From positions 186,367 to 250,366 of IMG/VR virus record IMGVR_UViG_3300029288_006769: DNA of 64,000 nt; one strand, 5' to 3'. The notes under the pieces were generated by a model. That model ran no database searches, was not told the DNA's origin, and saw only the letters and a list, made by a program, of their open reading frames with translations. The stretch comes from a virus. This document shows, one piece after another, positions 26,429 through 36,121 of this stretch; position 1 is the stretch's first letter; the number at the start of each line of letters is the position of its first letter. The position numbers and the translations under genes were made by a program.

Positions 26429-27400
26429 TTATATAAAAATACAATCTTCTAGCTTCTTATCATCTCGCAACTTAACAAATCTTGCCTCTTGGTACTTGCC
26501 TTCATTTTCATTTTTCTCTGTCGCTAAAAACTCAAAAACTTTCCCAAGTAGCTGCTCTTTGTTATTATATAATACTTCACGTGCATCATTACTATGTACT
26601 GGTATATTCATTATTTTTGTCAATTGCCCGTTTTTAAATTGTCCGCCCTCAAGAGCGACAATCATTTTATTCAATTTTTTATTAGAACTTTCAACAATAC
26701 CCATAATAGACATAAAATAAGACTGAGGGACTTTATAAATTCTAGAACTCGAACTTTGCTTATTAAATGAGTATCTAGCTGCTAGATCTTTAAAAAGAAA
26801 AACTTTAATTTCGTCTTTTAAAGAATCAAAAACTTTTTGTTTATCTTTAAAAAAACTTTGTTGGATTGTTACATAGTCTCCATGAGCTCGTTCAAACAGT
26901 TTGTTTAGAATAGTACGTCTATCAAAAAAAGCTATATTACAAACGTCTTGACCATTATGATAAATAATATCTGTTATAAACAATTGCGCATTATTTCTTA
27001 GATCATCATCAAGTTCTTCAAGTTTTAAGAATCTAAAAGCTTTAGCTCTATCATTTTGAAAAGTCAGATAACATTCAAACAAAGTTTGTTCAGGTAAATT
27101 CAAAGATTGTAAAGTAGACATGATATTAGACAATTGTTCAACTTTATTTTGCTCTTTGTAATCTTTTCTTTTCCCATGGAACTTAATTTTCCCTGGAGCA
27201 TATACGAGACCTTGATAACGAATCCCTTGATATATAGGTTCCATAACCCATTGGTCAGAATGCCAAAACTTGTCTTGATCATTCTCGCTGTCTATATTCA
27301 AACTTCGAGCTTCCATTAAATTTATAAAATCAACCATTGATTGCTCCAAAAACAAATTCAAATTTCGAAATCTGTCTGATAAAATGACTATCAAAAACAA
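26429..27400 (-). CDS. nucleotidyltransferase-fold protein resembling an ATP-dependent ligase with degenerate motif I
   Basis: MEPIYQGIR aligns to ligase motif I (E-x-K-x-D-G-x-R) but with Ile at the Lys position and Gln at the Asp position. Confidence 0.35.
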   Translation of the reverse strand: MFLIVILSDRFRNLNLFLEQSMVDFINLMEARSLNIDSENDQDKFWHSDQWVMEPIYQGIRYQGLVYAPGKIKFHGKRKDYKEQNKVEQLSNIMSTLQSLNLPEQTLFECYLTFQNDRAKAFRFLKLEELDDDLRNNAQLFITDIIYHNGQDVCNIAFFDRRTILNKLFERAHGDYVTIQQSFFKDKQKVFDSLKDEIKVFLFKDLAARYSFNKQSSSSRIYKVPQSYFMSIMGIVESSNKKLNKMIVALEGGQFKNGQLTKIMNIPVHSNDAREVLYNNKEQLLGKVFEFLATEKNENEGKYQEARFVKLRDDKKLEDCIFI

Positions 27401-27674
27401 ATGGTTTTGAAAGAATTAATATTTGTCCATTGTCACGGATAAAAGGAAATTCGTTTTCAAAAAACAACGCTCCTGCTTCTCTACATCTATTCAATAAATT
27501 CAATAATGTGCCACGTATTTGATAGAGCAATCTTTATTAATAGTTTTGCACAAAAAATTATTATAAATAGATTCGACATGTTTGACAAAATCTGGAACTA
27601 TAGAAAGATCAATACAAATACTTTTATCAAATTTTACGTGAATTTCATTATCAATTTGTAAACTTCAACATCCA

Positions 27675-27854
27675 TCAATTTGACTCATTCCAAATCTTTA
27701 TTGCTCTTATTTCTTCATAAGCAATTTGACTTCTTTTGTTACAACGTGGACATTGCAACCAAGTTTGTACAAGAAATCCATTCTCATGTCTTTTAAAAAC
27801 AGGTTCATTTTGACACTTCGAACATTTCTTTATTTCAGGTAATTGTAAATTCAT
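27675..27854 (-). CDS. small zinc-ribbon protein (59 aa)
   Basis: MNLQLPEIKKCSKCQNEPVF...CPRCNK; its ATG overlaps the stop of the 27851-28123 ORF (ATGA). Confidence 0.4.
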   Translation of the reverse strand: MNLQLPEIKKCSKCQNEPVFKRHENGFLVQTWLQCPRCNKRSQIAYEEIRAIKIWNESN

Positions 27855-28123
27855 GGTAAAAAGACTTCTATATGTTCAAAATCATCTTTAGATAATCTAA
27901 CATTTTTTTCTTTTGCAAGTTCAACAAAACAATCTATACATAGACAACCATTTTCATTTCCTTGAACTAAATTCCAAATCGAATCTTTTACTGACCAGTA
28001 CAATTTATAACAATGTCCGCAACGTTCACAAGATTCATATTGCCAGATAGAAAGCTCTTTGAATTTGAATGCATAACAAACTCTTCGAATTAAACGTTTA
28101 AGAATCAATTTCCAATAAACCAT
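27851..28123 (-). CDS. Cys-rich hypothetical protein
   Basis: 90 aa with CERCGHC and CLCIDC. Confidence 0.45.
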   Translation of the reverse strand: MVYWKLILKRLIRRVCYAFKFKELSIWQYESCERCGHCYKLYWSVKDSIWNLVQGNENGCLCIDCFVELAKEKNVRLSKDDFEHIEVFLP

Positions 28124-28127
28124 AAAT

Positions 28128-28733
28128 TCATTTACTACCTTTTTTTATTTCTTCAAACAAATACGTTTCATCAATTTCAAAAAACTTTGATGCAACATTC
28201 TTAAGTTCTTGTGATGTCGTGTTCTTATTGTTCGAAAACGAATAAACTTCAACTTGAATATTTTGAGCTTTCAATAGTTCAACTAAAGCTACAAAATCGC
28301 CATCACCTGAAACAAGAACAACAGTATCAAGTTTATCTTTTTCAGTAATGATATCTATTGCCATCTCAATATCTAAATTGCCTTTTGCAGTTCCATCGCT
28401 TCGCTTTTTCAAATCTTTTGAAACTATACTATAACCAATTTGTTTTAAGAAACCTACAAAATTCGAATTGTCATTGTCACCTTTAACGACATAAGCATTG
28501 CAAGTTGTAAGTTTTCTACCCTTGACTATGCTTTCTGTGAGCTTCTTGAAATCTATTTTTCGTTTGAAATTATCCATTGCACCATAATAAACATTTTGAA
28601 TATCGACAAAAATCCCTATACGTTCATCTGGTGTATTTCTGTTTTCAACACGCACCTGAAACAAAAAATCCCCTTTCAGGGAGTCTACAGCTTCAAGGAG
28701 CTTCTGATATTGTTGTATTTTACTTTCTTTCAT
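28128..28733 (-). CDS. NYN-domain (LabA/DUF88-like) putative ribonuclease
   Basis: GNLDIEMAIDI ... VLVSGDGDF matches the NYN/PIN-like acidic motifs. Confidence 0.65.
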   Translation of the reverse strand: MKESKIQQYQKLLEAVDSLKGDFLFQVRVENRNTPDERIGIFVDIQNVYYGAMDNFKRKIDFKKLTESIVKGRKLTTCNAYVVKGDNDNSNFVGFLKQIGYSIVSKDLKKRSDGTAKGNLDIEMAIDIITEKDKLDTVVLVSGDGDFVALVELLKAQNIQVEVYSFSNNKNTTSQELKNVASKFFEIDETYLFEEIKKGSK

Positions 28734-28735
28734 TA

Positions 28736-28936
28736 TTAGTCCCGTTCAATATCGCTCTCTTCACAATAATGTTTATTGATATAGTTTGCAAATTTTTTGA
28801 AAGGTTCGCTTTTTGTCATACCCTGTTTTACAGCTTGTCTATCATGGTGTCCATCAAATTTTGCTATCAAGTCATATAAAATGTCAATAGCTTCATCACG
28901 TTCAATCGGAGGTCTGGTATCGATCTCTGTTGTCAT
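28736..28936 (-). CDS. hypothetical small protein
   Basis: 66 aa. Confidence 0.4.
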   Translation of the reverse strand: MTTEIDTRPPIERDEAIDILYDLIAKFDGHHDRQAVKQGMTKSEPFKKFANYINKHYCEESDIERD

Positions 28937-31233
28937 GATACTGTAACTAAGCTCCCTTCATCATCTGTTTTATTGACAATAATTTCATTACCGTTTATCA
29001 TGTCTTTCAAAGTTTCTATATGTGTAATGACAAAAACCTGTTTATAGATTTTTGCAATTTCTTGTATTACTTCACCAAATTGCGAAATTCCTCGAACATC
29101 AAGTTTTGCTATTTTTTCATCTATTATTAAAGTTTCGTGCTTCTTTCCTGCTCTTAATGATAAAAGCTTTGCTAATGACAAAACAATACTAAATACGATT
29201 CGGACTGTCTCACCACCCGAATACATTTGCAAATCTTTTGGGTCTTTTCCTTCTTCTAAAACAAGTATATCAAGACCTCCACCTTTTTTGAGTTCACCAT
29301 CTTGTCTCTTAGGATCTAAATCAAATTTGACTTTTATTTTCTCAGAATCTTCATTAAAGATCTTCAAAAATTCCATTGTATATTTTTCAAGCATCGGAAT
29401 TGACTCTTTCATAATGGATTTCTGTACTCCGTCTTTCCCAAAAATCATAGAAAGAGTTTGATGGATTTTCTTTTGCTTTGTATTCTCTTCATTTATCTTC
29501 AAAAAATGCTCTATATCAGCTTTCATCTTTTCGAATCCATCGATCTTGTTTTTTAATTCTCCAATTTCTTGATTGACATCATCAATTTCAGCTCTTAACA
29601 CTCCTATTTCATCTTCTACATCTTCAACAGATTTTGTCAATTCACTAAGAATTCGTTGTAATTCGGGATTCAATTTGGTTTCAAGTTCAACAACAATCTT
29701 TCGTTTTTCTTCAATCTTTTCTTGAACTTCTTGTGATTCACCTGACAATTTAGATTTGTCAATCTCGACTTCTTTCAAATATTGCTTAAATTCCTTTTCT
29801 TTCTCTTTAAAAGTAGTTTCGCTATTTTCTATGGTTTGTAATGAAAGTTTAAGTTTTGAAAGTTTATTATTCTGTAATTGCCTTGTACTTGCTTTTATTT
29901 CAAGATCAGTTTGTTCCTTAAGCATTGACTTTATAGCTTGCGTCAACTTTTGATGTTGATCTTGATTCTCATTTATTTTGTTTTGTAAAACTTCTAATTC
30001 TTTTAGTAATTCTGTCTTAAATTTGTCTTTAAAATCACCTTTAAGTAATGCACATTCTAAATCAGTAACAGGGCATATATTCTTAAATTCATTGATTTTC
30101 GCTAAAGAATTTTGAAGTGGTTTTTGCTCTGTTTTAAGAACTGCTATTGTTTTTTCTAATTCGGAAGCGTGGTCTTCTAAATCTTTCCTTCTTGCTTGAA
30201 ATGCCTTTAAATTTTTATCGACTTGATCCAGTTCCTCTAATATTTCTTCTTGAGTTTTTATTGATTTCTTGATAGTTGCTTTCTCTTCTAATGAATCTTC
30301 TAATGCTTTCTTCCGCTGTTCATACAATTTTGTTTGAGACTTAGACTCTTCAATAAGACTATGAATTTCATCTATTATCAATTTCCCTTGCTTTGCAAGT
30401 TCTCCAAGTTCTCTATTTCCTTGTATAATTTGATTCTTGATTAAATTTTCTGTTTCTATTTGCGTATTCAGTTTTTGTTTTTCGTCATTTAGATCTTTAA
30501 ATTCTTTTTCTTTAGATTTTAGATCTCTTTTAACTTTTTTGAGTGTCAATTCTGTATCTTTGAAACTTTGTTTTATTTCTTCTTCTTGTTCAAGTTGTTT
30601 TTGTTTGTCCTGAACAATATTCAAATTGACTTGTACTTTTTTATCCAAATCATCAAATTTTTTAGTACAAAATCTAGCAGCTTTTTCATATAGTTCTATA
30701 TTGAGAAGTTCTCTTAATATTTCTTTTCTCTCAGAACTTGTACCCGTAATGATTTGCAAAGACTCACGTTCATTCAAATAAATTGTCGAACTATATGTCT
30801 TTGCTCCAAGACCAAGAATTTCTTCAATAGTCTTATCAGTTTTTTTCCACGTTGCATTTTTCAAATCTTGATTTGTTGTGTCTAGAAATATTTCAAATAA
30901 TGCTCCTGTATTTCTAGATTTTGAACGTATCGATTTGAACCTTTGATTGTCAATTTTAAAAATCACTTCGATATACATTTTCGACATATTGTCGTTAATG
31001 TAACTATCAAGTAGATCAGCTCTACCCGAGCCTTTACCAAAAAAATTCACAGGAATTGCTTCAAAAAGACTTGATTTACCGGCACCATTTGATAACTCGA
31101 CATCATCATTTATTCTACCAAGCACTAAACATGTCAAAACATCTGACAAGTCTATTTCTTGACGTTTTCTATAACTTAAAAAACCTTCAAGTATAATCTT
31201 TTCAAGCAACATTTTTCTTACCTCATTAAACAA
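28933..31233 (-). CDS. sbcC: SbcC/Rad50-like recombination ATPase (T4 gp46-like)
   Basis: N-terminal Walker A GAGKSS, long coiled coil, C-terminal signature LSGGE and Walker B LIIDE. Confidence 0.85.
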   Translation of the reverse strand: MFNEVRKMLLEKIILEGFLSYRKRQEIDLSDVLTCLVLGRINDDVELSNGAGKSSLFEAIPVNFFGKGSGRADLLDSYINDNMSKMYIEVIFKIDNQRFKSIRSKSRNTGALFEIFLDTTNQDLKNATWKKTDKTIEEILGLGAKTYSSTIYLNERESLQIITGTSSERKEILRELLNIELYEKAARFCTKKFDDLDKKVQVNLNIVQDKQKQLEQEEEIKQSFKDTELTLKKVKRDLKSKEKEFKDLNDEKQKLNTQIETENLIKNQIIQGNRELGELAKQGKLIIDEIHSLIEESKSQTKLYEQRKKALEDSLEEKATIKKSIKTQEEILEELDQVDKNLKAFQARRKDLEDHASELEKTIAVLKTEQKPLQNSLAKINEFKNICPVTDLECALLKGDFKDKFKTELLKELEVLQNKINENQDQHQKLTQAIKSMLKEQTDLEIKASTRQLQNNKLSKLKLSLQTIENSETTFKEKEKEFKQYLKEVEIDKSKLSGESQEVQEKIEEKRKIVVELETKLNPELQRILSELTKSVEDVEDEIGVLRAEIDDVNQEIGELKNKIDGFEKMKADIEHFLKINEENTKQKKIHQTLSMIFGKDGVQKSIMKESIPMLEKYTMEFLKIFNEDSEKIKVKFDLDPKRQDGELKKGGGLDILVLEEGKDPKDLQMYSGGETVRIVFSIVLSLAKLLSLRAGKKHETLIIDEKIAKLDVRGISQFGEVIQEIAKIYKQVFVITHIETLKDMINGNEIIVNKTDDEGSLVTVS

Positions 31234-31281
31234 GAATGTCCCTATAGCTTTATACTATAAGGACATTTAACTTGAATAAAA

Positions 31282-33486
31282 TTAATAACCTACTTTTTCT
31301 TCACCGAGCTCAAATCCACATTTGATATTATCAACAACAAGTTCGCAGTTGTCTCGACTTGTAAATTCTTTAAACCATTTACGACCAAGAATCACAGCCA
31401 TTTTTGTCTTCTGAATTCCCGTTCTAACTTTTTTAAGTTCTTTTTGTTTTTCTTTTGTAGTTGTCTCAAACCAATCAGAAATTGCTTTTCTGTCCTTTAG
31501 AGAAGCTTTATGTGATGTCCAATTAGTAATTGCAACTTCTAAAAGAGCTTCTACAGGAGTTCTTGCTTTATTTGAAGCAATTTTCTCCATGACTTTTTTC
31601 ACTGTTGGCAGACTTGCCATACCTGCCAGTTTGATATCAAAAGTCTTTGCCATGTAAAAATCTACAGGGTCAGCTTTGTCTGTTGGCGGAGAATAAACAC
31701 CCCCACGATCGACAAGTATTCCATTTTCCTTTAGAAAAGCAGCCTGCTCCTGAGTAAAAGTTTCAGTCTTAATTTCTTCTTCACCAAGCACATCTGTTTT
31801 GAGCCACTTATAAGCCTTAATTTCAGCTTTGAGTTTTTGCTCGGCAATAACATTCTTACAAAGCTCAATACCTGAAATATTGTCACCTGCAAGAATTCTA
31901 TTGATTGCTGGTAATTTTCCAAGATCAACAGCATAAACTTTTGAATTTTTGAAATCATCATCAATCACTATGCCTTCATTCTTGAATTTCTTGTACGATG
32001 CATCTGATGATGTCAAATAGAAAATTTTCGTGTGGGTATGCCCATCTTTGACAAACGTATAATTTCTGAAAACAAATGTTGGGTAAATTTTCGAAAAACC
32101 CATTTTGTCGGGTGTTACGCCATTGATGTCACGAAGCTCGATGGTTCCCTTGATCGAAGTCTGAACAGACAAATTCAATCTGCTCTCATGCCACACGAGC
32201 GTATTAAAAGGACATTTACTTGTTTTGTCAGCTGAAAATTTGCTGTAACCATCTTTTTCAGAAGATTTTACTCCAATTTTCTCATAAGCAAACTTTTCAT
32301 GATATGGGAAAAAAGCAGCTTCAGGGTCTTCTGTCAACATATTCAAAGCATCATATACACAAAATGCATCGGCCTTGGGCAGATAGTTAGCATCTCTGCC
32401 ACCGGTAAATCTTGCACTCACATCTACAACAGCACTTGAAATGTTCCCTTCAGCTTCACCAAACTCTTCGACCATAAATGCATTATTGAGTTTGTCAATA
32501 ATTGCCTTGTCGCCAGCTTTACCTATGATCTCGATTGCAATATCTGTTTTCGTTTGTTGGCTCATAACAAGAGCAGCACCATAAACTGCTTTCGAAATAG
32601 GATCGTCTGTCGAACTGAAGTCAATAGTTGAAATATCGATTTTGTCCCAAGACTTTGTGTTCGGTCTCTCTGTTGTCAAATAATAAATCTTGACAGGTTT
32701 GCCTTTTGAGGGCGAAACATAAAGTTTGCCATCATCAGGAGATAACAAAACAACACCCTGATCAGTAATAGTAAAAATTGCTAGTGTTGTTTGAAATAGT
32801 GGTTCTACTTCTTCTTTAGGATCGACATTTTCTGTAAGATTTATAAGATTATTGATACTGCGAGTATAGTCTTTTATTGAGGAACTATGTATTAAAATTG
32901 CTCCAAATTTCTCTGCCATTTGCGATAACAATTCTTTATTGTAATAAGCTCCAAAAGCAACAATAGAAACTGTTTTAAAACATGGCTTAACTTTTTTAAT
33001 TGCATTAAAAATTTTATTAAGTTCATTAGAATAATTAGAGACAACAGGATACCCATCAGTGAAAAAACTTAAAGAAAAAGTCTTAGACATCACTGATAGA
33101 TCTTTTATAACTGTATCAATGTCTTGTAAAATATCAGAAAAACATGTAGTTGATCTTGATGAAGAATGTTGTCTTATAGACTTTTCAAGAATAGCATAAT
33201 CAGATGTTTCTGTTATTTTAAACCCTTTAAAAACCCAATCAAAATCTCCTTCAGAACTAAACCACCCAAGACTAAGAATACTTTGTTTGGGTAATGTCTT
33301 TGTTAAGTCAATCAATTGAGAACATAGATCTGGCAAAAAATAATGCATACTTCCAGATCGATCATAAACCCAAATGTAATTATTAGGTTCTTTTTTTTGA
33401 ATTTTATTAAACTTCTTTAATTCTTGTTCGACTAAATACAGATTATTAGTTAAGCTCAGATACTTTGGCATTTGCTCCTCCATCAA
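31282..33486 (-). CDS. von Willebrand factor A domain protein
   Basis: MIDAS motif DRSGSM ... T ... FFTDG within a vWA-like N-terminal region; 734 aa. Confidence 0.6.
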   Translation of the reverse strand: MMEEQMPKYLSLTNNLYLVEQELKKFNKIQKKEPNNYIWVYDRSGSMHYFLPDLCSQLIDLTKTLPKQSILSLGWFSSEGDFDWVFKGFKITETSDYAILEKSIRQHSSSRSTTCFSDILQDIDTVIKDLSVMSKTFSLSFFTDGYPVVSNYSNELNKIFNAIKKVKPCFKTVSIVAFGAYYNKELLSQMAEKFGAILIHSSSIKDYTRSINNLINLTENVDPKEEVEPLFQTTLAIFTITDQGVVLLSPDDGKLYVSPSKGKPVKIYYLTTERPNTKSWDKIDISTIDFSSTDDPISKAVYGAALVMSQQTKTDIAIEIIGKAGDKAIIDKLNNAFMVEEFGEAEGNISSAVVDVSARFTGGRDANYLPKADAFCVYDALNMLTEDPEAAFFPYHEKFAYEKIGVKSSEKDGYSKFSADKTSKCPFNTLVWHESRLNLSVQTSIKGTIELRDINGVTPDKMGFSKIYPTFVFRNYTFVKDGHTHTKIFYLTSSDASYKKFKNEGIVIDDDFKNSKVYAVDLGKLPAINRILAGDNISGIELCKNVIAEQKLKAEIKAYKWLKTDVLGEEEIKTETFTQEQAAFLKENGILVDRGGVYSPPTDKADPVDFYMAKTFDIKLAGMASLPTVKKVMEKIASNKARTPVEALLEVAITNWTSHKASLKDRKAISDWFETTTKEKQKELKKVRTGIQKTKMAVILGRKWFKEFTSRDNCELVVDNIKCGFELGEEKVGY

Positions 33487-33880
33487 TTAAAGAATTAATT
33501 ATAATTTTAGGAATCTCATTTATTTTTTTATAGGGAATTCTAATTAAAGACAGTTTTTTGAATCTGCAAAAATCTGTCTTGATTTTATCTCTAAAACAAG
33601 TATCTTGAAAAACTTTTAGTTTGTTTTCGTTGGACAAATCTGAACCAAAACTAAACGGTTCAAAATGTTGAATGCCATCAAATTCAATAAGCGTATTATA
33701 ATCTGGAAGATAAAAATCAAAAGGCAAAGGTTTTTTAAAACGACATTCAACAAAAAAAAATGCATTAACATTTGTTATACATTCAGCATTTAAAGGTTTG
33801 TCTAACTCAGTCTGTTCCACAAATTGTTTTAATTTGGGTAGAACAGTATCATCGAACCATTCGTCAAGTGAATATCCCAT
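33446..33880 (-). CDS. DUF559/Vsr-like restriction-endonuclease-fold protein (free-standing homing-type endonuclease)
   Basis: FDFYLPDYNTLIEFDGIQH is the characteristic PD-(D/E)xK DUF559 pattern; it sits between sbcD and sbcC. Confidence 0.5.
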   Translation of the reverse strand: MGYSLDEWFDDTVLPKLKQFVEQTELDKPLNAECITNVNAFFFVECRFKKPLPFDFYLPDYNTLIEFDGIQHFEPFSFGSDLSNENKLKVFQDTCFRDKIKTDFCRFKKLSLIRIPYKKINEIPKIIINSLIDGGANAKVSELN

Positions 33881-33888
33881 TTTGTTTC

Positions 33889-35049
33889 CTATGAATTCAT
33901 GACATCGGCAAGAACTTCTTCTCCAACTTTTAAAATATCTTCTTTCATTTCGATCTCAGCTTGTTCAATATAGCTTCTAAACATAGAAACATAATTGAGT
34001 TCATCACTTTGTTTTATCTTGATTTCGCTTTTTTCTTGTCGAATTTCTTCAATATTTTTCCCAATATAATTCCAAGACTCTTCTTTGAGATATTCTTCAA
34101 TTCCATCAAAATTGATCAATTTTTTATCTGTCTCATTTATCACTATTTTTAGACGAACAACAGATTCGCTAAGATCCATATCTTGTACCGATTCACAGAA
34201 ACTCATCATCAACTGTCGTGCATCATCTCTAAGATCAGCAAAAAGAGTCTTGAATTCTCTGTCTTTTATTGGTATAAAAGTATCTTCATCATCTTTGACG
34301 TAATAAAAACCTTTTTTCTCTCCCTCTTCTCCAAAATCTACTTTTGCGACAGACCCTACATGCCTGCAGAAAAAATTCATTTCCTGTTGTTTATGTATGT
34401 CGCCCAAATAGACTTTTGTCCATATATTTTGATCAAAAATTTTTATGGGAAGAACTTTATTGCTCTTTTCATCTTGACCCATATCAAAACTTTTACCAGC
34501 AACAGATTTATCTGTGGGATAGTGACCAAAGAAATATTTGTATTTTTTATTGCTTGCTTTTGCTTTAGCAGCAAGCATTTCTACGCTTTCAATTACATAA
34601 TCATGGAATTTTTTAGATTCAATATTGACATCAAACGTATTGACATGAGGCATAAAACACAAAACAGAATCTTCAACTTCTATTATAGTGGGTATTTCAA
34701 TTACACGTAAATTTTCTATTTGCGTGCTCATTTCGACAAGTTCTACTAAATCATGTCCGTGCGATTTTCCTTGGTCATGATTCCCTAATAAAAGATAAAG
34801 TTTTATTCCCTTGTCTAAAGCCCATTCGAATTTAGAAGCTAATAATCTTCTAAAAACTTGTGCTGGGCGTTTTGTATGATAAAAGTCTCCCAGAACCACA
34901 ATTGTTTTTATTCTATGATTATTTGCATAATCAAGTGCTTGTTGAATATTGTCTAAAATGTCTTGTGTTCTAGAATCATAACCTTTATCATTCATTCTTC
35001 CATACTTATAACGACCCAAATGTATATCTGAAATAAGCACCATTTCCAT
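33889..35049 (-). CDS. sbcD: SbcD/Mre11-like nuclease (T4 gp47-like)
   Basis: phosphoesterase motifs ISDIHLG, VLGDFYH, GNHDQ. Confidence 0.85.
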   Translation of the reverse strand: MEMVLISDIHLGRYKYGRMNDKGYDSRTQDILDNIQQALDYANNHRIKTIVVLGDFYHTKRPAQVFRRLLASKFEWALDKGIKLYLLLGNHDQGKSHGHDLVELVEMSTQIENLRVIEIPTIIEVEDSVLCFMPHVNTFDVNIESKKFHDYVIESVEMLAAKAKASNKKYKYFFGHYPTDKSVAGKSFDMGQDEKSNKVLPIKIFDQNIWTKVYLGDIHKQQEMNFFCRHVGSVAKVDFGEEGEKKGFYYVKDDEDTFIPIKDREFKTLFADLRDDARQLMMSFCESVQDMDLSESVVRLKIVINETDKKLINFDGIEEYLKEESWNYIGKNIEEIRQEKSEIKIKQSDELNYVSMFRSYIEQAEIEMKEDILKVGEEVLADVMNS

Positions 35050-35052
35050 AAG

Positions 35053-35505
35053 TTACTCCAAAGGCTCAAAATATGCTTGCATATTATTCGGTTCTCTATT
35101 TGCAAATTTTGGTTGTTCTATTTTTATATCCATTTTTGCATGGATATCACTCATTGTTGCAAGTACTTGATCTAAGCACTCTAATATGTACCTGTATCTA
35201 ATGACCAACTGGTGCCATGTTTCTCCCTTTTGTCCTTCAGCCATTTCTGATTTTTCTTTGAGTTGCTGTTTAAGCCAAAAAAGACTATGTTGACCACTTG
35301 GCATCCTAAGATCTGATGTACTTAATAGAGCAAGAAAATCTTGAATTTCTGTATTAGAAACTTTAGTTATTTGAAGCTCAGGTTTATTTAGAACCTGAGA
35401 TAGTAGCCAGTTTATAGAAATCTCGTCTTCAAAAACAAAGACTCCTTCTTGTTCATCATAATGGTATTTTTTATCTGACTTCATTCTTTTTAAACAGCAC
35501 AGCAA
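35053..35505 (-). CDS. hypothetical protein
   Basis: 150 aa. Confidence 0.45.
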   Translation of the reverse strand: MLCCLKRMKSDKKYHYDEQEGVFVFEDEISINWLLSQVLNKPELQITKVSNTEIQDFLALLSTSDLRMPSGQHSLFWLKQQLKEKSEMAEGQKGETWHQLVIRYRYILECLDQVLATMSDIHAKMDIKIEQPKFANREPNNMQAYFEPLE

Positions 35506-36121
35506 GTGCTATTGAAATTGAATCTGCTATATCATTATTGATGCCTGAGTCACTATAAATATCTGTGCTTATTTTATCGTATGCTTTTTCAATTTCTTTT
35601 ATCTGTTTTGCTAATGTTTTCTTTGTCGTTTTTTGTTGTTTTGCAACAGCTTTTGCATTAGACACGTCAAGTACTATTTTTTTAAAACAATCTTGATATG
35701 TAGTAATCTGTTTTTGCGTCAATAAACCAAATCTTTCACATACGCTAACTTGAACTTCTGCTTTTGAACAATTACCTGCAATACCTACGATTTTTCGCCA
35801 TTCAGGTGGTCCAAACAACAAGGGCTCTTTTTTGTTATGAGCATAAGCTTGATATATTGCTACACCAGAAAAACGAGATAGGGTCCTCAAAATTGTAGGA
35901 CCCCTCATAAAAAGTGATTCTTCAATACCAATTTCATCAGGATTATATTTGTCAAACACTTTCTTAAGTTCATTTCCCAAGAGATAAAGCCGTTGTATAG
36001 TGCTCATAGAGCCCTCACCACGTATTAACCCTTTGTCTATAATCTTAAGCGTCTGGTCTGTTTTTTCTACAATACTCCAACCAGTACTTTGTGTCGAAAC
36101 ATCACATCCTGCAGCTATCAT
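35471..36121 (-). CDS. ruvC: RuvC-family Holliday junction resolvase
   Basis: AAGCDVSTQSTGWSIV (catalytic Asp), IEE, and C-terminal DIADSISIAL acidic motif. Confidence 0.7.
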   Translation of the reverse strand: MIAAGCDVSTQSTGWSIVEKTDQTLKIIDKGLIRGEGSMSTIQRLYLLGNELKKVFDKYNPDEIGIEESLFMRGPTILRTLSRFSGVAIYQAYAHNKKEPLLFGPPEWRKIVGIAGNCSKAEVQVSVCERFGLLTQKQITTYQDCFKKIVLDVSNAKAVAKQQKTTKKTLAKQIKEIEKAYDKISTDIYSDSGINNDIADSISIALAVLFKKNEVR

